DNA of 62,849 nucleotides, filler included, from Stramenopiles sp. TOSAG23-2 (GCA_900128395.1; 5 parts of 5 records of this genome joined end to end with filler, not necessarily neighbours in it), one strand, 5' to 3'; positions 44,601 to 56,245 are shown, counted from the whole stretch's first letter. Notes: generated by a model from the sequence alone, not told the origin. Numbers and translations: made by a program.

Positions 44601-45544
44601 TTATCCAAGCAATACCTTTATATCTTCACGTAATAATACATATAAAACTATACCAAATGCAGAAGTTAACACACCAGCCGCCTGTTTCATTTTCTCAAAA
44701 GTTACTTTCGTTCGGAATACCCGGCTTGCATTTAAATTATGTTTATTTAACCACGATTCAAAATTTTCTTTTGGGAATTTCAAGTTTAAAATAACTTTAG
44801 CATCATTCAACAATAATATTTGTTGTTGCTCCCATACTAAATTGGGTTTCGAAATTGCATATAACATATTGGCAATCATTACAAACATCCAAGTGGAAAA
44901 GAAAAAAAATAAAATCATTGGTCCAACATGGCTACTATATCCAAGAAGAATTAAATTAAGAACCAACAGGCCACTCAAATAGGAAAGCATCAAAGTATTA
45001 AAAGTGCTCATACCTTTGTTTATTTGCACGATCCATTTTTCTACCTTTTCTTGTTCCAAACTAAGTTTATCAACCAATGGAATCCCATCTTCTGCATTGT
45101 CCCTTAGAATAAGACGCCGCACTGTCTCCAAATATTTTGTAATTTTATCAATATGAACTAAACTCACTTGATCTGGAAGTGATTGAATTGAGCATAATAA
45201 AGAGTAAGGAATCACAGCTAAGGTTGCCAGACCTCCAATAAACTAATGTTATCATAAATGTTGATGGGCCTAATAAATTTGTTTCTGCGAGAGGCAAAAT
45301 AAAAAAATACCACATTATAGGAGAATGCATTATGCTTACCTTGCCTGATTTTACAAAGAAAGGTGTTTTTTTAGAAGTACTGCTACGAGATGCAAAAACA
45401 ACAAAAAAAATCAATGCAAATATGTTCAACTCCATGATATCAACGCTGATTAGTTTCCCGTTTGCAATTCATTTTCATTTTGATTATTAATATTTATTTC
45501 ACCATTTTCTTCCAAAGGCACTGTGTATGAAGAATTTGCCATCA
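44601..45544 (-). pseudogene. Disrupted multi-pass membrane protein gene (frameshifts/stops in 5' half), possibly gustatory-receptor-like
   Basis: An ATG frame at 45544 stops after about 31 codons; the hydrophobic 45435-45148 frame overlaps the 45242-44601 frame. An intron at 45243-45339 could join the last two frames but lacks the ACTAAC branch point. Confidence 0.4.
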
Positions 45545-46036
45545 TGTAAAAAAAATTTTTTATCTATACAATGTAATATAATATAATACAACGTAAAAGT
45601 TAATAATTTATTATCAACCTACAAATTGTTTCCAAATTAATAATTCACAATTTATCACGATATGTTTAGAGAAATAGTATTATATCACTGGTGGAAACAC
45701 ACATTATACATTATAATTCTCCATTATTCTCTCCATAGATGCTCTCCATGAACTTTAATGTTTTTATAATTACATAATTTCTACGTCGGTATTTATAACG
45801 GTTGATGTTATACTACTAAGTACACCGGCCTATCGGAACAATCCCGTCGGAAACCGGAAACATCTCCGGTACACATCATATTCTTATTGACATAATATAT
45901 AAATATATATATACATAATTTATATACGCATGAGATGCATGATGGATGAAATGGAATAGAAATTAACCATGCCCTAATATATGTACGGTATGTGTTAGAT
46001 AATAGATCATTCTTATCGTTCGTTAATGAAAGCTCA

Positions 46037-47293
46037 ATGTCGTTGCCACCATTATCGCCCGTACGTGTTGCTGGTGTTGCAAAAAACAATCATCATCATA
46101 TTATTGTTTCTTCAACAACAAATAAGAATATAATTAAAAAATTAGAAAGTAAATATATAACAGAATATCCAAAGGGTACGCCATTCATTGTTGCATGTGA
46201 AAAAGGGAATATAGATGATGTAAAAGCATTTGTTCATAATAATTCTAGAAACAATGTTAAATATATAAATCAAAAAGGCAGAAATGCAAATGGTGTTCCA
46301 AATTGGTCAGGACTAAATATATCATGTATATATGAACGCTATGAAATTGTGAAGTATTTATTACAGCAACCATTGATAGACATATCGATTGTATCGAGAT
46401 ATGGGAATAACGCATTTCATTTTGTATCATTATGGAATAAAGATGTAGAAATATTAAAATTATTATTATCACATACAACATGTTCATCTAAAATGATTAA
46501 TTGTCAAAATGATTTTAAAAAAACGCCATTGGATTGTTCATATGATAATCCAAATTTTGTGAAAAAAGAAATACAAATTTTATTAATTAACAATTTCGCT
46601 TTAAATGGATTTCAAATGGATCAGGAACGTCAATGGGAGGAAGAGGAAGAACGAAAACGTATGCAATATTTCAAAAAACAAAATGTTCAAGATGCTAAAC
46701 AAACAATACATAAACTAAAGCAAAAATATTTGAAACGATATCCATTAGGCACGCCATTTATTGTTGCGTGTGAAAAAGGCAATGTAAAAGATGTGAAATC
46801 ATTTGTTAAATGTTATAATATTATCGATTATAAATTAAATGCAAATAATAATCGTACCAAATTATTAAAAAATAATATAAAAATGAATCAGATTGGGAAG
46901 ACATCGTATGCAGGCTATCAAGGTAAATCTGGTTTAATAGCAGCATGTGGTAGTGAACATAAACATGTTGTAAGTTTTTTATTAAAGCAGCCAAGCATTG
47001 ATATATCACAAACGGATAAACATGGATGGAATGCATTACATTGGGCAACACAATTTAGTAAAAAAAGCCCTGACATTGTAATTGCATTATTAAATCATTC
47101 AACAACAAATATTAATGTCATTAATCAACAAGAAAAAACATATGGTTTCACTCCACTTGATAAAGCATATCGTCGTCTATCAAAGTTACAACAAACTAGG
47201 AACCGTACTAAACAAGATAACGAAGAACATGTAATATATCATATTATCAATGCAATATTATTAAAAGGTGGAGTGTCGATCATACATCATTAA
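46037..47293 (+). CDS. Ankyrin-repeat protein made of two duplicated modules
   Basis: YPKGTPFIVACEKGNIDDVKAFV and YPLGTPFIVACEKGNVKDVKSFV, each followed by LL.QP.IDIS...G.NA.H and TPLD. Confidence 0.85.
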   Translation: MSLPPLSPVRVAGVAKNNHHHIIVSSTTNKNIIKKLESKYITEYPKGTPFIVACEKGNIDDVKAFVHNNSRNNVKYINQKGRNANGVPNWSGLNISCIYERYEIVKYLLQQPLIDISIVSRYGNNAFHFVSLWNKDVEILKLLLSHTTCSSKMINCQNDFKKTPLDCSYDNPNFVKKEIQILLINNFALNGFQMDQERQWEEEEERKRMQYFKKQNVQDAKQTIHKLKQKYLKRYPLGTPFIVACEKGNVKDVKSFVKCYNIIDYKLNANNNRTKLLKNNIKMNQIGKTSYAGYQGKSGLIAACGSEHKHVVSFLLKQPSIDISQTDKHGWNALHWATQFSKKSPDIVIALLNHSTTNINVINQQEKTYGFTPLDKAYRRLSKLQQTRNRTKQDNEEHVIYHIINAILLKGGVSIIHH

Positions 47294-47390
47294 AAATGAC
47301 CTTTTTCTCGGTACATATGATATATGATACGTGAAATATTTATTTTTGTTTTATAAAATGATGTACATATATTTTCATTAAAAATCATAT

Positions 47391-47612
47391 AAACTTTGCT
47401 CATTTCAACATTTTTTTTATCAGCAGTTTCGGAGGAAAATTTATTACGTTCGTATTATTATTTATTATTGCTATACATGGACCATGCGGATCATAAAAAT
47501 ATTAATATATATAGATATTAATATCAAACTTTGCTCATTTCAACAATTTTTTTATCAGCAGTTTCGGCGGAAAATTTATTATTATTATTATTGCTATACA
47601 TGGACCATGCGG
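47391..47612. repeat. Diverged tandem duplicate of the 3' end of the small TM gene
   Basis: AAACTTTGCTCATTTCAAC...CTATACATGGACCATGCGGA at 47391-47490 and 47526-47612. Confidence 0.85.
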
Positions 47613-47760
47613 AGGCAACATTTGCAATGCACCATGCCACCGCGGCAAAAAGCTGGAAGAAGTCCGCAGCACCCGACGGTCCAGCCAGGATCGCACCAAT
47701 TGCCCAGAAAAAACTTGCAACAAATTGCATACCAAGAGAGATCTGCTCACCTCGATCCAT
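47524..47760 (-). CDS. Small two-TM hypothetical protein
   Basis: 78 aa, locally GC-richer, two hydrophobic helices, poly-N typical of real genes here. Confidence 0.55.
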   Translation of the reverse strand: MDRGEQISLGMQFVASFFWAIGAILAGPSGAADFFQLFAAVAWCIANVASAWSMYSNNNNNKFSAETADKKIVEMSKV

Positions 47761-48449
47761 TCTTTAATCATGAAATTAAATAATATTGTATAATTTTAAA
47801 ATGCTAATATTAATTATTTTCTATTGTACAAACATAAAATACAATATCTATATTATATATACAAATATGGATAGCAAAAACTAAAAATATATATATTCTT
47901 AATTTTTAAACCAATAATATGCATGAAGTTTTCAAAACACGAAACACAAGAGACATAAAAATAAAAAATACATTACTCTAACTCACCCATTCTGTTATTA
48001 ATAAAAGTCTATTGAATATTGAATATATTTATCCCTGCTGTATTAGTATGTGGTATGTTGGTGAACCGAAAATATTAGGATAGGAATAGCATTATATTAG
48101 AGTTGGAGAGTAGTTCAAGCGGAACGTAATTTTATCAAAAAATGCCGATTATGGATATTATTAACATACAAATATCCGATTTTATTTTGTAAAATGGTAA
48201 AAAAATTCTCATTCGTTATTTATATTGCTTTTTAAAAAATGAAATCACAAAATCCTTTTTTAAAATTCATTTTTTGATAAAATTAATTACGTTTTTTCGG
48301 TCCCACCATAATAAGGCAGATTATATATCTCCATCACATTCAATATAGCCCAATTTAAATATACTGTAAGGAAAATACCTTGACAGATATTCAGTGTAAA
48401 CCGTAGGAAATTATAGTAGCACCAGGCAACAAATAATACCGATAACAAC

Positions 48450-49358
48450 ATGGCATCTGCAGTAACATTTTACAATGATGCGTTAACACATAATGGGAAG
48501 TCCAAGTGACCTTGGGCGCACAGGGCATGGTTAACTTTACTTGAAAAAAAGGTTAACTTTACTACAATTCCTGTGCCTTTAAACAATAAGCCGCAGTGGT
48601 ATAAAGATCTATATGCGTCTGTACATCCTGATCCGCTGGCAAGGGCAAAAGTTCCAATTATTGAGATTGGCAAGCCAAATGATGCTGAATATCAAATCTT
48701 AGTTGAATCTGATGTGGTTGCACGATTTGTGGCTGAAAACTGGAAATCACAAGGTGAACAGTTAGTTCCTGATAATAAGTTTGCCGAAGCTAAAATGAAT
48801 TTATTTATTGGACAATTTATGGAAAAGTTAGGTACAACAATATTTTCTTTTCCTGCTACCAAAAAACCAAACGCAGCGAATAAAGCTTTTTTAAAAATTT
48901 TGTACGGATTGCAAACAGTCGAAGCTTCATTAAAAATGCATGGGGAAACAGAAAGTGGACCGTATTTCTTTGGAAAACAATATTCACTTGCTGAAACGTT
49001 AACTGCTCCATTTATTTTGCGTATGAACATTTTATTCAAGCATCATCGCGGAGTTGATCTGTTGGATTGTTGCGAACAAATTGGCGCATTGAAAACAAAA
49101 CGATGGATGGAAGCCATTCAACAAAGACAAAGTTCCAAAGACTCATTGCCTGCCGAGAATAGTCTTCTTGCTATTCCACCATACCAACAGCCATTTTTTG
49201 AATATTCAGTTCCACATGATGTTCAAGCAAATGCAATTGCAAAAGTCACGAAAGACATTGTATCGGCAAAATTAGAAGAAGAAGCTGCGTTTGCAAAAAC
49301 GTTAAAAGATGGGTCTAAACTTGCTGGATATAAAGATGGAACTTTAAGCAAACTTTAG
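48450..49358 (+). CDS. Omega/lambda-class-like glutathione transferase with in-frame TGA at the catalytic Cys position (probable selenoprotein, 302 aa)
   Basis: ATG 48450 is in frame with the 48573 ORF: MASAVTFYNDALTHNGKSK-TGA(48507-48509)-PWAHRAWLTLLEK...NKPQWY...KVPIIE...ESDVVARFV...GPYFFG..YSLAE. The CPWAHR/CPFAQR motif aligns with TGA at C. Confidence 0.88.
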
Positions 49359-49403
49359 CTACTATGTATATTAATCAAGTCGTACGACATGTTGTATTCA
49401 TGG

Positions 49404-49436
<33 letters not shown>

Positions 49437-49535
49437 TCATGGCATACACATGTGTGTGTGTATATATATATGGATTGGAAATGTAATTTCAACAGTACTG
49501 ATAGACAAATACACTATAATATGTATAATACAATG

Positions 49536-49619
49536 ATTTTGAATGATGTTTTTGAAGTTGTAAAAAGAAATTAACATACACATATGTAAATTTTTAATTT
49601 TAAGAATTGATGAGAAAAT
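49536..49619 (+). promoter_or_regulatory. SECIS element (type II-like) in the GST 3' UTR
   Basis: Helix I ATTTT/AAAAT; core ATGAT (49543-49547) opposite TGAT (49608-49611); 12-bp helix II GTTTTTGAAGTT/AATTTTAAGAAT with G-U pairs; A-run after helix II; apical mini-helix ACATA/TATGT. Confidence 0.7.
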
Positions 49620-50172
49620 GAAAAATACACATATTATTGAAATTATATACGAAGTAATGGTGCTAATGAATATCATATAAACATATAAATATGTATTATA
49701 TATTATAAGTATAGACCTATGACCCCCGGTTACTCTGATCAAATTGGGCATTGGGCACCCTTCCATTATGATTATAGGTTATTTTTTTCATGACTTTCAA
49801 CATTTTTCGTATACTACTTAGCATAGCTTCCTAGTTAATTGCTCCTTTTTTGAGAAAAAATTATTTTGCACCTTTTTATGGATATTTTTATGTTGATAAA
49901 TACATGTATGTATGTAAATTGATATTTCAGGAATAGAGGAGAAGAAGCCGAAAGATTTAGATTCACATGGTCAGAGAGGACATGGTTTGTAAAAAAGTGG
50001 GGGGGCATTTCATTCATCATCAGTATTTTTTATTAGCATATCGAAAATATAGCAATACACACACACATAGACAAATGTATATGTATACATACAGATACAG
50101 AATTTATCTACCATTAACATTCTGATCAAATATTTTAAAACAACAAAACAACAGAAAAGGAAAACGTGTTCC

Positions 50173-52596
50173 ATGTCTCCCATCACTATGTCTTCATCCT
50201 CCACTGTTATATTTCATCGTCACCAACAATCAACGTTAGTATTATTACTATTACTAAGTATATTGTTATATATAAGCCCTATCCATTGTGTTAAACCAAA
50301 AGGTGAAAGCAAAGCATTATTAAGAGTTCTAAATGATGTAGACAATGTATTGAGTAAAGAAACCAAAGTCTTAGAAGAACTTCAAGCTAATCGTTTTAAG
50401 GAGAAGAAGTATTATGAAATCGTTGACGGTGATTGTAAATGTTCAAACTGGAACCCATTATCAAAATGTGGTGATAATAGTGAGTGTAAGCCAGATGCAC
50501 AATATAAAAATCCTTGCAAACATACATGCATTTGCGAAGAAGATTTAGCCAACCCAGAATGTAGATGCGCTAAAGAGGTCCCAAAACCAGCAACGTTTGA
50601 AGAAACGTTGAAAGAAAGTGGTGACAAATGTGCAGATTGGTGTAATTGTATGGCAGATGAACTATTATACGGTTTAACTCACTCTTTGCCATATGACGCA
50701 GATGATCATGGCTTATATCACTTTAAAAAAGTTGATAGGAAAGACTCAGTTTTTAAAATAGATAAAGAAACCAAAAAATGGCAAATATCTTATAGTCATA
50801 GGTTTAAAAAAAACAGTAAAAAATTTGTTACTAGTAAGGCATTTATTAACATAGATGATGAAGAGAATAAAGGTAAACTGGACAAATTAACAAAGAAAGA
50901 CTTCGAGGCCAAATTAGCAATTGATTTATTGCAATATTTTAAAAATCAACCCGATGATAGGCCAACGCATGCAAACCCATTGGAAAGACAACGTAATGAA
51001 CGATGTAATATTTTAAAGAACCCGAAAGAATGCAAACAAGATGAAACGTGTGAATGGCACTTTTTTATGGGTGCTAAACCAACATGCCAAGCAAAAGATC
51101 CATGTTTTAAATATGATGACGATGAAGAAGCGTGTAAAGCTGATGAGTTATGTACAACTGGAACTATAAGGCATGGTCTCAAATTTTACAGTTGTTCCAT
51201 CGCAAATCCAGCTGATCAACCTCACAACTCCGCAAAAGCCAGTGAAGATGCTGAAATGTGTTATAAATCGTTAAAAATACCACAATGCAGCTGTAGGAAA
51301 ACTAAATGTTCCTTAGCACTAGCAAAACGATTTGTAAAAGTTGCTGATGATATGCGCCGTATGACTACATCAAAGCAAAGTAAGGATTCGTTACTAGATA
51401 ATTTTCAATTTGCATTGGATATGCTGGGAATGTTGCCGGGCATAGGCGAAGTTACCGATATTTTGAGTGGGGCTTTATACGGAGCAAGAAAAATGTGGAA
51501 AGATATGCTTTTATCATTCATATCACTTATGCCTGGTGTAGGTCAAATTATAGGGAAATTACGTTTGGCAAGAAAACTGTGTCGTAAATGTTGGGATGGT
51601 ATTATGTCATCAATCGATTTTGTTTTAAGTTCTGGTATTTTAATAGATGTATTGAAAGAATTATGGTTGATGGTAAAAAAAGGATTAACTGGAAAAATAA
51701 AAAGCATACTCAAATCAATAATAGCATTTGGTAAACGATTTACCTCTGCAATAATTCATCCAGTCATAATAGCAAATAAAGGTACAATTGCATTTTTAAA
51801 AGCTGCAAAAAACAAAAACGTGAAAGGTGGTGAAGAAAAAGCTATAATAGATTATACAGCAGATATTATTTTAAAAATGGCTGAAAATAAAAATTGTAAT
51901 GTAAACCGATTTCAAGTAGAGCTTCTAGAACTTGTACAGCAAGTTTTACCAAATTTAAATAGTGTAGCAAAAAAGTTTGATCAAGATCATTTAATCCCTG
52001 CAGGCAGTTTTTTAGCAGCTATATATCCATGCATATTGCATTTAGAACATATAAAAAAAGAAGATTGTAAAGTAGCTCAAGAAAATATTGTCAAAGGAAG
52101 AGAAGCTCTCGTTAATCGAATACCTGGTTTAAGACAATGTTTAGTTGGTAAAGTTTCTACTTTGCATGATCATATAAGTGGTAAATTTGATGCAAATCAA
52201 GTTAAAATTAATCCAATGGATGAAAAATGTGATGATCAGGAAGGAACAGAGGATAGCGATTGTTTGCATAATGTAAATGGAAAATGCACAGTCACCGCTG
52301 CATGTCCTGGAGCGCAACGTGCCCCAGGTCATTGTTCAGAGGATGGTATTATTTGTTGTTTACATCCACCGAAAAAAGAACCAGATAATAATAGTAGTTT
52401 TATTGAATTGCAAGAAACTTCCACAACAATTTACAATAACGTTGATAAAAAGAATTTAGTAAATGAAGCACACGAAGCTATGTTTGATTTGTTTGACAAT
52501 ACTGTTGATGATATGATTGCAATAGATAATTCAAAAAGTAGATATGAACATAGCTTAGAATTATTGGAAATAATGAGTGCAAATAGAGAAAAATAG
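50173..52596 (+). CDS. Secreted cysteine-rich protein with a pre-toxin-TG-like helical hairpin and a C-terminal beta-defensin-like 6-Cys motif
   Basis: Signal-like LVLLLLLSILLYISPIHC; many Cys; ALDMLGMLPGIGEVTDILSGALY...MLLSFISLMPGVG; CLHNVNGKCTVTAACPGAQRAPGHCSEDGIICC. Confidence 0.75.
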   Translation: MSPITMSSSSTVIFHRHQQSTLVLLLLLSILLYISPIHCVKPKGESKALLRVLNDVDNVLSKETKVLEELQANRFKEKKYYEIVDGDCKCSNWNPLSKCGDNSECKPDAQYKNPCKHTCICEEDLANPECRCAKEVPKPATFEETLKESGDKCADWCNCMADELLYGLTHSLPYDADDHGLYHFKKVDRKDSVFKIDKETKKWQISYSHRFKKNSKKFVTSKAFINIDDEENKGKLDKLTKKDFEAKLAIDLLQYFKNQPDDRPTHANPLERQRNERCNILKNPKECKQDETCEWHFFMGAKPTCQAKDPCFKYDDDEEACKADELCTTGTIRHGLKFYSCSIANPADQPHNSAKASEDAEMCYKSLKIPQCSCRKTKCSLALAKRFVKVADDMRRMTTSKQSKDSLLDNFQFALDMLGMLPGIGEVTDILSGALYGARKMWKDMLLSFISLMPGVGQIIGKLRLARKLCRKCWDGIMSSIDFVLSSGILIDVLKELWLMVKKGLTGKIKSILKSIIAFGKRFTSAIIHPVIIANKGTIAFLKAAKNKNVKGGEEKAIIDYTADIILKMAENKNCNVNRFQVELLELVQQVLPNLNSVAKKFDQDHLIPAGSFLAAIYPCILHLEHIKKEDCKVAQENIVKGREALVNRIPGLRQCLVGKVSTLHDHISGKFDANQVKINPMDEKCDDQEGTEDSDCLHNVNGKCTVTAACPGAQRAPGHCSEDGIICCLHPPKKEPDNNSSFIELQETSTTIYNNVDKKNLVNEAHEAMFDLFDNTVDDMIAIDNSKSRYEHSLELLEIMSANREK

Positions 52597-52760
52597 TAGA
52601 GTCGGAAGAGAAAATTGGGAAACAAGGGGTGTGTGCTGAGGTTTTTTTAATATTACAAATGTAGAACACAAGATTTTTTCTTTAATATTTACGAAGTAAA
52701 AATAAAAAATGACATTAATTTAACAAAAAATAACTGGTATAATATTTTTTCCTGCTTTTT

Positions 52761-54744
52761 TTACTCTTTAAAACCACCACCACCACCACCACCTTTACGC
52801 ATGTTGTTAAAATCTTTTCGAAATTTCATATCACCACCACCTCCACCACCATGAATTGTATTTCTAACATGTGCTTTTCCCAATGCTGTTAATACACTAG
52901 CACTTGTTTGAGCCATTTGCATTGGATTTATACCATTATTATTATTTTTACTATTTATCAACAGAGTACTACCAGTGGTACCAAAATTAGGATATGCGCG
53001 CGTTGGAGATGGTGTATTGATTGTATTATTTAAATCATTTTTTTTCGGTGTTGATTGACTAATATTTAAATAATCAAAATCATCTTCCACATCATGATTG
53101 CCATAATATAAATTAGCAGCTTTATCATCATCATTATTATTAATATTATTACTGCCAATAACTTCTCTTAATTTCCCCTCTTCTTGGCAAAATTCTTGAA
53201 GCAATTGTACCCTTGCGTTTGACCATTGTCGACGATTATCACGTTCTGATTCAAGGGCATTTTCTAAATGTGAGATTCGCTCTAATAATTCTTTTCGACT
53301 TTTAGCTTCTCTATCTTCCACTTCTCGTGTTCTTACTTGCAATACTTCCCCTAATACTCGCAATTCGCCTAATGTACGATGTGAACTTTCTAATTCAGCC
53401 CTTAAGACACCTGTAATAAATAGTTTACATGTGTTTTATATTATAAATATATACCATATTACAATAAATATATATATCATATTATTTATTTATTTTTTTG
53501 TTGAATATTCATAATGTTAGAAATATATTAATGTATATATATATATATAATGGGTGGGTAGAGATATACATACGAATTTCTTGTTCTGAATCTTCCATTA
53601 CTTTTTCTGCATGTTCTCTTTTCTGTGTTTCACTTTTCAATTCATCAACCATATCAATCATTAATTTTCGTTGTTTCTCCATCTCTGTATTTGAAAAATC
53701 AATCGTTTCCGATGCATGATTAATTTTCAATTTCAAATCTTCATTTAATGCTTTCAATGTTTCATTTTCTTTCATTAAATTATTTTTATCCATCTCTAAT
53801 TTATGAACAATATCAATATATTCATGAGATGATTTCATTACTTCTTTTAATTTATTATCACTATCTTGTTTATGATACGTTAATTTTGTTACTTGTTCTT
53901 CCAATTGTTTTGCTCTTAATTGTTGTGCATTTTGTGCATCTTCCATTGATAAAATAGCTGATTTCAATTCAACACCAATTTGTTCTTTTTCATTAGCAAC
54001 ACTCATTGCTGCCATTCGTGATTCAGCGAATTGTTTTTCCAATTCTGTAAATTTATCTGTAAATATTTTATTTTCTGCTTTACGTTCATTTTCAGATAAT
54101 TCAATTTCACGCCGTAGACTAATTTCTAATTCTTTGTGAGTTTCTATTGTTTTTTTATATTCATGATGTGAAGCTTCTTGTTGTTTTTTTAATAATTTCA
54201 CTTGTTCATTCAAAACTCGTTTCTCCTGTTGCAATGTTTGGACTTCCTCACGAAAACGTGCAATTAATTTTGGTATACCAGCATAACGATTGGTGATTGC
54301 ACTGTTATCGTTTGTTGCAAGCTTTTCATTTGATGGCGATGATGTATCTATTGCATTGTTGCTGTTATTCTTATCATTATTAGTATTATCAGGGGAAGTA
54401 AGAACCATAATATCTTGCATGGTTAAACTATCACTTTGCAACGGAGACGAAGAAATATTATTATTATTATTATTATCGTGATTATTTGTATTATTGCTTG
54501 GAGAGGTTATGCGATTTTTTTGTTGTCGTTCTAACAATAATTCAGCTTGCAATCGTTCAATCTTGGTATCTTTTTCTAAACTATCTTGTTTTAATTGTTC
54601 CACTTGGTATCGTTGCTGCCGTAACCTTTTCACGGATGCTTCAATTTGTTTAATTTGAATAGTATCTTGCCTAACCTCCTCCTCCTCCTCCTCCTCATTA
54701 CGTTGTTTACTATTTACATCATCACTTGGTATTTCCGATGACAT
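52761..54744 (-). CDS. Long coiled-coil protein; exons 54744-53574 and 53410-52761
   Basis: Phase-1 intron 53411-53573 (GTATGT...TCTAAC...CAG) joins two heptad-rich ORFs in frame. Confidence 0.75.
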
Positions 54745-55323
54745 GGTATGTATGTATGTATGTATATATCTGATGTATATATTAATAAAAAAACTTATAA
54801 ACAATATAGATAGATTGATGGTTTTGTTATTATATCACTGTCTGTCTTTTGTAATTTTTAAAAAATATATATACATAATTGGATATATATATTGGATATA
54901 TATTATATATTGGATATATATTGTCGCATTGGTGTATTTTTAAATAATACAGTGTACCAAGTATTGTATTTATATTTACAATATTGGCCTATATAATTCT
55001 ATAAAAAAAAAAAAATCTTTTATTGGATCCTTAAAAAGCCTCCTAAAAATCCTTAAATCCTGTAGCGGCGTCAATCAAATCAAGTTCTTTCTGTAGTATA
55101 ATGTAGTTCTGAAATACTACCTGGTATAATGACATTCTTCTGGGAATTAATATGATGGGAACGTAATAATAACCAAGTGTTATACTATTCCAACTATATG
55201 ACATTATCTGTATATTATATATTTATAACATACATACATACATGCATATATATACACAAAGACTCAAAATCTTATGTGTAAAGATACAATATCAAGAAGA
55301 TTAAAAATATACAGAAGCTTAAT

Positions 55324-56070
55324 ATGATTATCAATCGTATTTTACGACGTAGTACAGCTTTAACAAAAAAGACGAGATACTTTTGGAAGAGTCGAAAAGT
55401 GAACCGTAGCTATGTGTTTAATACAAGTTACGGCAATAATAAGAACACTTGGGCGCATATTCAAACCCATTTCGTTTCTTATGACAAAAAAAACAATGGA
55501 TCTACCCTAGAGTCAATGATGAAAGACTTAGTAAAACAGCAAAAAGATACGGATATGGAACATGCTGTAACAGTACAAGTTGAAACGTACAAGCTAATAA
55601 ATGAGATAAAAAATGAGATAAAAGACGTAGTAAAGCAACAAGAACTTATGGCAAAGCAACAAGAGCATTTAAACAAGAAGATTCAAAGATATGAACAGGA
55701 AATAGCAAAGCAACAAGAAAATACGAACAAACCGTTTGATTCCATTCAAAATACGATAGAATCATCAGTGGGAAGCTCTAATACTAGTACAAATTATATA
55801 AGAAAAGGGGGAACAGATAAGAAGGAAGATAGCAACAAAAACTTGGAGGTGCAGGAAAATACTGTCGGAGATCTGGCGAAATTATGTCTTTTCGGGCCTC
55901 CTTTCTTGGTTTGTTTATGTATTATTTTAACCATGAATTATTATATAATATCCTTTGTTGTTGGCCAGATTGGCGGGTTGGTGGTGAGTTTGGTGAGTTT
56001 ATTATCTACGGAACCCTGGATGTTGCTTCCCCTTGTGCTTATAATTTTGGTGGGTCTTCTGACTCTTTAA
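55324..56070 (+). CDS. Hypothetical protein: basic N-terminus (mitochondrial targeting-like), coiled coil, C-terminal TM segments
   Basis: 248-aa ORF; R/K/S-rich start, Q/K/E coiled coil, hydrophobic tail. Confidence 0.6.
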   Translation: MIINRILRRSTALTKKTRYFWKSRKVNRSYVFNTSYGNNKNTWAHIQTHFVSYDKKNNGSTLESMMKDLVKQQKDTDMEHAVTVQVETYKLINEIKNEIKDVVKQQELMAKQQEHLNKKIQRYEQEIAKQQENTNKPFDSIQNTIESSVGSSNTSTNYIRKGGTDKKEDSNKNLEVQENTVGDLAKLCLFGPPFLVCLCIILTMNYYIISFVVGQIGGLVVSLVSLLSTEPWMLLPLVLIILVGLLTL

Positions 56071-56245
56071 ATTTCTACAATGAAGTCTTAAAATAGCAGG
56101 TAAATACCACAGCGCCACACAGTAGTTTTACATCTATTATATAAAAATATGATTATTTTTTTTATAATATAAAAATATGATTATTTTTTTTATAAATATG
56201 TATCAGACTAAAAATATTTTTAACACACAATGAAATTCCATATCT

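Noticed and set aside
48507..48509. Genome-wide UGA reassignment or simple nonsense pseudogene
   Set aside because: Several conserved genes end at TGA. The lone TGA falls on the catalytic Cys in an otherwise intact gene with a SECIS-like hairpin, so Sec fits better.
49715..49780. Alternative SECIS candidate (ACCTATGAC...TGATTATAGGT)
   Set aside because: Outer stem and GA motifs are present, but the would-be helix II strands next to the core do not pair; 49536-49619 fits much better.
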